Assembly (NCBI GenBank): GCA_041391385.1
Contig: JAWKOD010000004.1
Span: 192,651 to 256,650, forward strand
Source of the DNA: Bdellovibrionota bacterium
Lineage (GTDB): Bacteria; Bdellovibrionota; UBA2428
DNA length: 64,000 bases
Direction of reading: 5' to 3'
The first letter of the stretch is position 1; every line of letters starts with the position of its first letter. Positions 56,311-64,000 of the stretch are shown here, one piece after another. A program made the translations under genes and the position numbers. Below the pieces are notes generated by a model, which was not told where the DNA came from, ran no database searches, and worked only from the letters and a program-made list of their open reading frames with translations.

Positions 56311-57420
56311 ATGTTCATTCTTTTTCTTATCTTGTTTCTGGGAGCTTGTGGAAAATTACCAAATTATGAAGTGAATAGTGCCGTATTTGGTTTTTCGGTT
56401 TCAGGTGAAATTAATCCTAAAGTAGATATTCTGTTTGTCGTTGATAACAGTGGGTCGATGTCTGGAAATCAAAGTGTTCTTTCAGCTAGTATGGCAGATT
56501 TTATTGATAATTTTTCCACCAAGAATTTAGAGTTCCACATAGGGGTTATTTCTACAGATCAGTACTGCAATCCTAGCGTTCACTCTCCTGTTCCCAACAA
56601 TTCAACATGCGCCAGTTACTGGAGTACGGGAGCCTATAGTGGATTATATAATAATAGATATGGGTCTTTGTTGAGCAAAACGAGCGGTGAAAAATTTCTA
56701 ACCTGGCTAAGTTCAAACTATATTGGAAAATTTGAGGATAACGTTCTTCTGGGAACTTCGGGGAGTGGCTCGGAAATGCCTATTTTATCTGCGACAACAG
56801 CGCTTGAAGATCCTCTGCTTACAGGGTGGAATAATGGTTTTTTTCGTTCAGAGTCTTTTTTATCAATCATTATGGTTACAGATGAGGACGAAAGCAGTAC
56901 GGAGGGACCTCAAACAAAATTATATAGCGGCTCAAATTTAACACCTATGAATAATCGAATTGATGCCTTTGTGGATGCTGTAAAAAGTATCAAAGGCGCT
57001 TCGCTCCCCTTGTTTAGTGTTGATGTTATTGCAAGATCACCCTCAACTTCTACGTGTGCTGGTAATGCAGATAAGGCTTATGGATTGGACTACATGGTTC
57101 AACGGATAAATGCTCAATACCCAGCTGCAATTGGAGAGCTCGACAAAGCGCGTTTTTCGAGTATTTGTACAAATTTTTCATCCGCACTCCAAGATATAGG
57201 AGCTTCTATTGTTCTTTCGAATGCTCGATTAAGTCTGACCCAAGCACCAGCAAACCCTGCTGAGATTTACGTCACGAATAACGGGATTTCAGTCCCTAAT
57301 GATACGGTGAATGGGTGGGCGTATTTTGCGTCGGAAAACTATATTCAATTCTATGGTTCTGAGATCCCTTCTGTAGGTGATCAGATTGTTGTTCAATATA
57401 CTCCTGGAGAGCCGATATAA
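56311..57420 (+). CDS. VWA-domain lipoprotein (paralog 1)
   Basis: Lipobox LFLGAC. MIDAS-type DILFVVDNSGSMSG…GVISTD…IIMVTDEDES. Several paired Cys. The C-terminal …NGWAYF…IQFYGSEIPSVGDQIVVQYTPGEPI is shared with the next gene. Confidence 0.75.
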   Translation: MFILFLILFLGACGKLPNYEVNSAVFGFSVSGEINPKVDILFVVDNSGSMSGNQSVLSASMADFIDNFSTKNLEFHIGVISTDQYCNPSVHSPVPNNSTCASYWSTGAYSGLYNNRYGSLLSKTSGEKFLTWLSSNYIGKFEDNVLLGTSGSGSEMPILSATTALEDPLLTGWNNGFFRSESFLSIIMVTDEDESSTEGPQTKLYSGSNLTPMNNRIDAFVDAVKSIKGASLPLFSVDVIARSPSTSTCAGNADKAYGLDYMVQRINAQYPAAIGELDKARFSSICTNFSSALQDIGASIVLSNARLSLTQAPANPAEIYVTNNGISVPNDTVNGWAYFASENYIQFYGSEIPSVGDQIVVQYTPGEPI

Positions 57421-57559
57421 AGGACTTTCCAGTGGAGCTTTATAAAACTTTAATGCAAATTACATAGAAGATTTATTCACAGCCGCTTATTTTCTGGAAC
57501 AGTCATAGCATAGGTTTTTACGATTCTACTCTTAAGTGAGTAATCGAGAAGGAGCAAAT

Positions 57560-58894
57560 ATGTTGTACGTTGGAGGAAGAGCTAACCAAGTAGGTTTCCT
57601 TTTCCAATTTTCAATTATCATTGGGATTGGACTCACTTCCTGTGGAAAATTGCCTGATTATCAGGTCTTGGGAACTCAGGATGCATTTGTAGCATCTGCA
57701 GAAGTGAACCCAAATATAGATCTTTTATTCGTTATTGATAATAGTGGTTCTATGGCAAGGGATCAGCAGGTATTAGCTGATAGCTTCAGCGATTTTATTA
57801 GTAACTTTACAGATAAAAATCTGCAATACAATATCGGGATTATCTCAACAGACTCATGTCCGAACGATTCTACTTGTACATCAAATCACTGGAATCCACG
57901 AGCATCCTCTGGTACTCGTTACCCCGGGATATTGAACAGTGGCAGAGGAAGTCTTCTCACTCGTTACGATATAAATGGAACTTTCTTTCCAAATGCAGCT
58001 TCAGTTCCCGTGTCTTATAATCCGTTGAAGTTTTTAGCTTGGGACGTGGATTCAAACCCTGCTACCGCCAAAGCTTTGACAATTGCGCGCTTTACGAACA
58101 ACTCTGAATTAGGTGTTACGGCTTCTGGCTCAGAGGCACCTTTGAGTACAATTACATCTGCTATAGCGCAGAAGGACGTCTATAATGATGGTTTCTTTAG
58201 AGCGAGCGCCTTTACAGCAATTATTATTGTTACAGATGAGGATGAATCTTATGGCTGGGCTGGAACGCCTTCAGCGGGTGGACACTCGACGCAAGACTAT
58301 CTTTCCGGACGTGTGGCAGAGAGTTGCAATGGTTTAACGACGCTTCAGTGTGAAGCCTTAGGCGAAGACTCTGGTGGAACTCTTAATAGTTCTGATCAGA
58401 ATGCTCGAGTAGGTGCATTCTTTACAGCTTTAGAATCTTTAAAGGGAACAGGGCTAGATAATTTTAGTCTAAACGTGGTTGCGGTACCTCACGATAGTAC
58501 CAGTTGTGTTATTGATTCAGTTCCTGAGACTGCAGACAACTTTGAGCCTGCCCTAACGCTCTATCGTGTAGTGGAAGATGTTAAGTCTACATACGGCACA
58601 CTAGGTTCTGGCAAGGAAAAGGCAACTTTTACAGATATCTGTACAAATTTCGCTCCAGCTTTGGATCAAATTGCGTCGGATATTGTTGAGGCAAATGCTC
58701 GCTATCAACTTGATCAACCTCCTGCAAATCCTGCAGAAGTCTACGTTTATGTGAATGGACTTCAAGTTACGAGATCGATTGTGAATGGATGGGACTACGA
58801 CGAAGTAGATAATGCCATCCAGTTTTATGGAACAGCAGTTCCAAGTGTAGGCGATACTGTTTCGATCGATTATGTTCCAGGTGCACCTATTTAA
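57560..58894 (+). CDS. VWA-domain lipoprotein (paralog 2)
   Basis: ATG 57560 follows GAAGGAG. Lipobox GLTSC. DLLFVIDNSGSMARD…GIISTD…IIIVTDEDES. The C-terminus reads …NGWDYD…IQFYGTAVPSVGDTVSIDYVPGAPI. Confidence 0.75.
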   Translation: MLYVGGRANQVGFLFQFSIIIGIGLTSCGKLPDYQVLGTQDAFVASAEVNPNIDLLFVIDNSGSMARDQQVLADSFSDFISNFTDKNLQYNIGIISTDSCPNDSTCTSNHWNPRASSGTRYPGILNSGRGSLLTRYDINGTFFPNAASVPVSYNPLKFLAWDVDSNPATAKALTIARFTNNSELGVTASGSEAPLSTITSAIAQKDVYNDGFFRASAFTAIIIVTDEDESYGWAGTPSAGGHSTQDYLSGRVAESCNGLTTLQCEALGEDSGGTLNSSDQNARVGAFFTALESLKGTGLDNFSLNVVAVPHDSTSCVIDSVPETADNFEPALTLYRVVEDVKSTYGTLGSGKEKATFTDICTNFAPALDQIASDIVEANARYQLDQPPANPAEVYVYVNGLQVTRSIVNGWDYDEVDNAIQFYGTAVPSVGDTVSIDYVPGAPI

Positions 58895-58908
58895 GTGCTA
58901 CTGATATT

Positions 58909-60753
58909 TTAGTCTTGAAGATTCGCAGGCTCCTTGATTGATAGTTTCCACAAGCGAGCCTGCTTTTTAAATCCGACACTTTGGGTTTCGATTAGCTTAG
59001 CAATAAAGGGTGTGTTCTCGGGGAGTGGCGAGCCCGCACTCATCACCTCGGCTACTGGTGCGGTATCTATGTACAAGAGGTTCACGTTCGAAGAAATCCT
59101 AAGTACCTCCTGAAGCTCCTTTTGATTATTCAAGAGCATTTGTGCGGGTAGTGTGCTCATGCCTAGGGCAATAAAAGGTGCCGTCATAGTGCTAATTAAG
59201 ATGTCGTTTTCATTGAAATTTCTTTTTTTGTAGCTTTGAGAGACAAAGCGTTCGACCCGATTAAAGAGACCGATGTAGGTGTAGTTATTTCGCTGAGTTT
59301 CATGAATTGAAAATAAAAATATAAGGAGTGATGCTACGAATAGATTCCTTGTAGAAATAAGTTTCTCAGCAACTACAAAAACTAAGAGAGAGAATAGCAC
59401 AAAGACATCAAGAAAGAGTCTTGAGTAAACAGCATAAGCGGCTTCACCCGCAACATAAAAGATAAGAAGTACTAAGTGTGAGGCTACGGCTAAACAAGAA
59501 ACTATCATAAGAGAGTTGAGCTTTGGTGTTTTTTTAAATTTAAAACAAAAAATAGCAAAGCCTATAAAAAAGGCTGGAATAATCCAAGGTGAGAAAAATT
59601 GTAAGTTTTTATCAATCGCGCAACAAGCATGGCTAAAAGAAATTAAGTTGGGCAACAGATAACTGAGGTTAAAAGCACCATCGATGCTTTGTTTTATGCC
59701 CCCAGGGTAGGAGTTGAAAAAATTGCTGAGTTCTCCATGAGCAATGATTCTCTGCCAAAAGAAGGGGAGTGAGCAAAGAAGACTTAGCGGTATGAAAATT
59801 TTGTGTTTGGAATAAATAGAGCGGATCTCTTTTTTAACTGTCCATAAAAAGAATAGAGCAATACAGAAAAGCGGAAGTATTGCTTCATAACGAGTATGTA
59901 AGCAAGTAACGAAGGTTAAAAGGTAAAACAAGAAGTGCTCGATTTTGCGTTTCTCTAGGTAGAGATTCATGAAGTAAATATTTGCGATGAGAAGTGTGAG
60001 GAAAAGCGATTCAAGGCCAGCAGAACGAAAACTCATGAGAAGAACGGGATGCGCACAAACGAGAAGGAGTGCCGAAATTTTTGCCAATAGGGGTTTTTTA
60101 TGTAGAAGCTGCATTAGAAAATAAACAAAGAAGAAGAATGCTATGAGGTTGACGATAAAGAGGTTCTCTAGGGAATATCCCTTAAGTGAATGAAGGATGG
60201 ATGCTAGAAAAGCGAGCAGTTGGGGCCTGAGGGGCATTGCTTTTCCATAAATTGTTGCAATTCCATTTTCATAGCTAATTCCATTTGTAACTGTTGCTTC
60301 TTTAAGTTGAAAAAAGGAAAGAGAATTAGAAGCGATAAGAGACTCGTCTGCTTGAACTCGCACATTGGCTTTAATGGCTGTAGCAATAAGAACGGTGCTT
60401 AAAAGAGCTATTAAAAGGGGTGAGCGGGAGTCATGTAGAAACTTTTTGAAGTTACTCCAATTAGGAAACTCTAAGAGGAGCGTACTCATCCATAAGGCAC
60501 CCAAGGTTAAGAGTACATAGTAGGTAGCATTGTAAAATAAAAACTCAGTGTATTGAATCTTGCTAACGCTGAGAATAGCGAGCACACATACGACTAGAAG
60601 AGGTACAAGGGTGCTGAATTTACTTTGAGCTTCTGTTTTCACTTCCTTATTAAAAAACCAAGCGTATGAAAACTCAAGGAAGGAGTGTCGACTCAAGCTT
60701 ACAAAAAAGCACTGTGTCTTTCTCGAAGGCTTGCTTGAGTCGACCAACTTCAT
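58909..60753 (-). CDS. Large polytopic membrane protein, possibly a GT-C-fold (ArnT/PMT-like) glycosyltransferase
   Basis: 614 aa with 12 or more predicted hydrophobic helices, an early loop containing ADES, and a soluble C-terminal domain of about 120 aa. The family assignment rests on architecture only. Confidence 0.4.
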   Translation of the reverse strand: MKLVDSSKPSRKTQCFFVSLSRHSFLEFSYAWFFNKEVKTEAQSKFSTLVPLLVVCVLAILSVSKIQYTEFLFYNATYYVLLTLGALWMSTLLLEFPNWSNFKKFLHDSRSPLLIALLSTVLIATAIKANVRVQADESLIASNSLSFFQLKEATVTNGISYENGIATIYGKAMPLRPQLLAFLASILHSLKGYSLENLFIVNLIAFFFFVYFLMQLLHKKPLLAKISALLLVCAHPVLLMSFRSAGLESLFLTLLIANIYFMNLYLEKRKIEHFLFYLLTFVTCLHTRYEAILPLFCIALFFLWTVKKEIRSIYSKHKIFIPLSLLCSLPFFWQRIIAHGELSNFFNSYPGGIKQSIDGAFNLSYLLPNLISFSHACCAIDKNLQFFSPWIIPAFFIGFAIFCFKFKKTPKLNSLMIVSCLAVASHLVLLIFYVAGEAAYAVYSRLFLDVFVLFSLLVFVVAEKLISTRNLFVASLLIFLFSIHETQRNNYTYIGLFNRVERFVSQSYKKRNFNENDILISTMTAPFIALGMSTLPAQMLLNNQKELQEVLRISSNVNLLYIDTAPVAEVMSAGSPLPENTPFIAKLIETQSVGFKKQARLWKLSIKEPANLQD

Positions 60754-61395
60754 TTATTTCAGGCGGATGGTTTTGTAGCCTTTGTTTTTGAGATAGGTGT
60801 AACTTTTTCGTGCATAACCTATTCCGTATTTTTTTCCTCTAGCTTCTACTGTAACGACACCACTGTTGTCCGTTTTTGAGACTAGAAATATATGCCCACC
60901 TTTTGAAGTCCGGTAAACCATGGCGTCTCCTGGAAGAGCTTGGTCGTAGGGGGTTTTGTCGAGTCGAGTCCAGGGATAGCCTGCATCCTGTGCCTTGATG
61001 AACTCAGATGTGGTTAATCTTTTGTTAGAAGGTAAGGATACGTTCGTTTCTATAACTTTTGGGTAGCCCCATGATTTTTGTGCAAAACCTGAGCAGTCGG
61101 CACCTAGTATTTTTCTGTTAACTGGGGACCAACGCGAGCCTCCCCATACGTAGGGCGAGCCTACGCCAGAATCTGCATATTTAAGAATGTCATTTGCACT
61201 TCTGTTTTTGGAAGTTTCTTGGGCACTTCCTCTGAGTAGGGCTGAGGCGCGTCTGCCCGAGCTTTCACTCCTGCGTGAGTTTAGAGCAACCCGAGAGTTC
61301 TCTGGGCTTTTTGCCGTGCTGCGTGTTGTTCTGTGGCCTAAGGCGTTTGCCTCAAGTGACAGAATAAGAACTATGGGAACGACTAGCTTTTTCAT
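60754..61395 (-). CDS. NlpC/P60 (C40) family peptidoglycan peptidase
   Basis: Signal peptide, catalytic Cys context GADCSGFAQKSWG, and a downstream GGHIFLV (His). Confidence 0.75.
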   Translation of the reverse strand: MKKLVVPIVLILSLEANALGHRTTRSTAKSPENSRVALNSRRSESSGRRASALLRGSAQETSKNRSANDILKYADSGVGSPYVWGGSRWSPVNRKILGADCSGFAQKSWGYPKVIETNVSLPSNKRLTTSEFIKAQDAGYPWTRLDKTPYDQALPGDAMVYRTSKGGHIFLVSKTDNSGVVTVEARGKKYGIGYARKSYTYLKNKGYKTIRLK

Positions 61396-61410
61396 ATTTC
61401 CTCCTTGGAA

Positions 61411-62553
61411 TTATTGCTCTCCTAAGTCAGTTTGGAGAACGTCAAAACTTGCTTTCCCTCCTTGTTGTGTCGTTGCTGTTTCGGCAAGTTGAAAAACTTT
61501 TGACTGATGAAAGAACAGATCTTGCTCTACGATGACGTTTTCTTTTCTACGCATATTAGTTCGCGCTTTTACAGAAGCATCTTTTGGGTCGATTAAAACT
61601 ACTTGGCGTGGGAGCTTAAGTTCTAGGTCTGCTTCAAGGTCAAGAGCGACAAGTCCATTATTAAGAACACGGTAACCCGTAAGTCGTGTAATATCTTCTT
61701 GAGTTTGAAGGGTATTGACGACACCCATTGAGTTAATCTCCTCTAACTGAATATTTTTAACGTCTGAACTTTCATCCGAAACAGATGTGCGCAGATAGTT
61801 TCCATTTTTTAAAGGAAAACCAGGAAGCTTTAAAGTTTGCTGAGCCCCTTCCTTTAGAAAGTGAAACTCATTTTCGCTTAAGCCTTTGAAAAGGAGTCCA
61901 TCACCAAAACTTTGCATGACGAGGGATTGAGCTGCCCCGTGAGTTGCTCTATCAGAGAAACTAAAGGTGCCTTTTTGTGTCCATGGGTTTTGCATTTGGT
62001 TTTCGCTTAACTTCCAAATTTCGTAATAGGGGTAAGTGGATCCAGACTCTGGATTATATTGACGAGATAAGAGTGTAACTTGCCCTTCAGAATCGAGGCT
62101 GAGCCCTAGCGCTTGGCGGTTTTTAGGGTACTTGCGGCTATAGGATTGCTCTTTTGGATCTATAGGATAAAAGTTAATTCGGTTATTTTCATTGTCCAAA
62201 ACTGCAATTTCGTTGCGATTTTGAAGATAAACAAAAGCAGCAGGTCCAAGTTTGGGCATATCTTTTTCTTTGGAGATACCAAGCTGTGTAGGTCCAGAGC
62301 CTGAGGATATACCCGAGATAAGCTTTTTCTTTGTTTTGATTCCAAACTCACTCGTAAGTGATTGAGTCTTCTTAAAAACTCCTAAGTTTGGAATATATCG
62401 ATTAAACAAAGACTTCTTTGATGAAGAATTGCTGGTGCCCAAGGGGCTCCTTGAGCTTTCTTCTGGCTTAGTGGCACCAGACTCATCTTTCAGGGTCATG
62501 GCAAAAGCCATAAATAATAGAAATAAAAAAACCGTCCATTGTGCTTTTTTCAT
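61411..62553 (-). CDS. Secreted hypothetical protein
   Basis: 380-aa ORF with a signal peptide and a beta-rich sequence. No recognisable motif. Confidence 0.55.
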   Translation of the reverse strand: MKKAQWTVFLFLLFMAFAMTLKDESGATKPEESSRSPLGTSNSSSKKSLFNRYIPNLGVFKKTQSLTSEFGIKTKKKLISGISSGSGPTQLGISKEKDMPKLGPAAFVYLQNRNEIAVLDNENNRINFYPIDPKEQSYSRKYPKNRQALGLSLDSEGQVTLLSRQYNPESGSTYPYYEIWKLSENQMQNPWTQKGTFSFSDRATHGAAQSLVMQSFGDGLLFKGLSENEFHFLKEGAQQTLKLPGFPLKNGNYLRTSVSDESSDVKNIQLEEINSMGVVNTLQTQEDITRLTGYRVLNNGLVALDLEADLELKLPRQVVLIDPKDASVKARTNMRRKENVIVEQDLFFHQSKVFQLAETATTQQGGKASFDVLQTDLGEQ

Positions 62554-62688
62554 CTTACGTACCTCAAATCAAAGCAGTTTAATTAAAATGTGGCCCTTAG
62601 GGTGCATAAGTTGTGCCAGGCTCTATGGGGTAAATTTTGGGAGTTCATGAAAAAGAATGGACGCTCAGATTTTGGGAGCGCAAAAATG

Positions 62689-63087
62689 TTAAACAGCGAT
62701 AAGGACTAAAACAAGCATAAGTATATTTAAGGCTACCGCAAGAGGATGGAGCCATTTCATGTCTAGACTTTGGTTTAGGTAGGCTTCACGTATTTGTGGA
62801 CTTAGGTAAAAGAATCCAATGAGTGCAATGAGTGTTGCAAAGAGTAAAATCAAAAGTTTTTTACGCTTTGATAGAAAGTCTAAAGTTAAAAGAGCAAAGC
62901 CGCAAAATATGCCTACTGCATAGTAAATCGGGAAGAGTTGGTTTTGGAGACCAGCTGCGTCTGCTTTGGGAAGGTGACGAAAAATTTGAGGAGCAATTAC
63001 GCCTGAAAAAAAGAGAATACTTCCTAACCATAAACCAGAAAATATTCTGTAAAGCTTAGCAAGAATTTTAGACATTACATTTTCCAT
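62689..63087 (-). CDS. Small 4-TM membrane protein (DUF4149/TMEM205-like)
   Basis: 132 aa with four hydrophobic helices. The N-terminus …LWLGSILFFSGVIAPQIFRHLP… resembles DUF4149. Confidence 0.5.
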   Translation of the reverse strand: MENVMSKILAKLYRIFSGLWLGSILFFSGVIAPQIFRHLPKADAAGLQNQLFPIYYAVGIFCGFALLTLDFLSKRKKLLILLFATLIALIGFFYLSPQIREAYLNQSLDMKWLHPLAVALNILMLVLVLIAV

Positions 63088-64000
63088 CTAAGTGCTTTAA
63101 AGAATTTAGGCTCGGCTGTTTTTCCGCTCGCCAACTGAGCCGTTAAGGAGTCAATGAAGTCCTTTGTCCTACGTTCAAAAAGTGAACGAGCAGGTGCGGG
63201 AATTTTTTCAGAGACAAGCTTAATAATCTTCATTGCGCTTTCCTCATTCCACTGTCCTTTAATCTCTTCGTATTCTTCGAGAGATATTTTTGCTGCAGAA
63301 AACTCTCGTCCACTCGATTGTCTGAAGAGAGCTGTGTTGAGACGAATCCATGCTGATTCATTTTTTTCATAAGCTTCAGTAGGAGAGAGGAGAGATGCTC
63401 CTATGCTTTCTTGAAAGAAGTGAGCAAGAATGCCCATAGCGCCAAGTTGATCAGCTGTACGATGAAGTGTTTCAAGCGTGAAGTGTGTAAATCTCTCTAA
63501 GCCAAGGTCGTTGAGAACTTCTTGTTGGTCCAATGTAGGGTGTCGTCCTTTAAGTGAATTGAGGAGTTCTCTTTCTGAAGTGTCGAAGAGGTATTCGGGA
63601 AATTTATTTTTAATTTCACTCGCTGCACGACAAAGGTCTTGGACAAGTGTCCAGCCAAGGCGGGTAATTTCAAAAATAGGTTGAACTTTAAGGTCTTCTG
63701 CAGCTTTTTTTTCATCAGCGCTCGACAGATAAAGGAGGCCAAGGTCGAGGTAAGCTCGCGTTCTAGCGGCAGAATCTTTGAGTGGGTCAAGACCCTCATT
63801 GAGCATATCTTCGGCTGTAAAAACAGCGTTTACAGTTCGAACGACTTCCATGCGTATGAGTTCAAGCATGTGTGGGTTTTCTACATTAAAAAGTGCTTTT
63901 TTGAAAAAACCCTCATCCGTTACAGCTTTTGCTATAGGCTGTGGGAGAAAGTCTTCATTTCCTAATGTCTCTATGAGTGGGCTATCTTCTTTAACGTGCT
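63075..64000 (-). CDS. Hypothetical protein; the 5' end lies outside the window
   Basis: The frame stays open upstream of the track Met (63869) to the window edge (…HVKEDSPLIETLGNEDFLPQPIAKAVTDEGFFKKALFNVENPHMLELIRMEVV…). The stop overlaps the next gene's start. Confidence 0.6.
   Translation of the reverse strand, partial: HVKEDSPLIETLGNEDFLPQPIAKAVTDEGFFKKALFNVENPHMLELIRMEVVRTVNAVFTAEDMLNEGLDPLKDSAARTRAYLDLGLLYLSSADEKKAAEDLKVQPIFEITRLGWTLVQDLCRAASEIKNKFPEYLFDTSERELLNSLKGRHPTLDQQEVLNDLGLERFTHFTLETLHRTADQLGAMGILAHFFQESIGASLLSPTEAYEKNESAWIRLNTALFRQSSGREFSAAKISLEEYEEIKGQWNEESAMKIIKLVSEKIPAPARSLFERRTKDFIDSLTAQLASGKTAEPKFFKALRWKM

Noticed and set aside
2134-63965. The many 60-140-aa ORFs nested inside or antisense to long motif-supported genes. 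Examples: 2134-2388, 2864-3178, 5558-5830, 10773-10991, 14717-14998, 19962-20183, 26806-27069, 34998-35432, 38113-38769, 43647-44075, 47407-47871, 48134-48915, 52011-52449, 61187-61492, 63154-63799.
   Set aside because: These are shadow ORFs. Each overlaps a longer ORF with clear family motifs, and none has a recognisable motif or signal of its own.
1-64000. A search by eye for CRISPR-like regularly spaced repeats, rRNA, tRNA cloverleaf candidates, tmRNA, SRP RNA or RNase P conserved boxes in the intergenic regions.
   Set aside because: I recognised none. The intergenic spacers are mostly under 150 nt. This was a by-eye scan and does not replace tRNAscan or Infernal.

Overview
The window looks like a moderately AT-rich chromosomal segment from a Bdellovibrio-like predatory bacterium. 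That assignment is an inference from gene content, mainly an HBb/Bd0055-type histone-fold gene plus many secreted hydrolases and lipoproteins. I saw no rRNA, tRNA, CRISPR array, integrase or transposase.

Most of the window is housekeeping backbone:
- dksA-like, pyrC, rpsD, alr-mlaEFD-TPR
- dciA-like, lptE-holA, rpsT
- pgpH-like/ybeY/prfB, with the classical +1 recoding site in prfB
- resB-ccsA-engB-nth, nupC, pyrD, ilvE
- ubiB-like, rnr, surE-M23-murJ

Two accessory patches interrupt the backbone, at about 28.97-34.75 kb and 39.3-43.4 kb. Each holds one copy of a cassette pairing a secreted trypsin-like protease with a TPR + C-terminal winged-helix regulator. The copies have decayed in opposite ways: locus 1 has a broken protease and an intact regulator, and locus 2 has a broken regulator and an intact protease. 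Locus 1 also has a run of at least three tandem, decayed genes for small secreted proteins on the opposite strand.

Other points worth a second look:
- Single-base frame breaks at A/T homopolymers in the essential genes rpsD and holA, and three in the ubiB-like gene. These are either assembly errors or real lesions, and sequence alone cannot decide which.
- A DUF481 outer-membrane gene with an in-frame TAA.
- Two tandem VWA-domain lipoprotein paralogs next to a large polytopic GT-C-like membrane protein.
- Two translationally coupled small cysteine-rich secreted proteins.

All calls come from reading translations and motifs by eye. No database search or computation was run.
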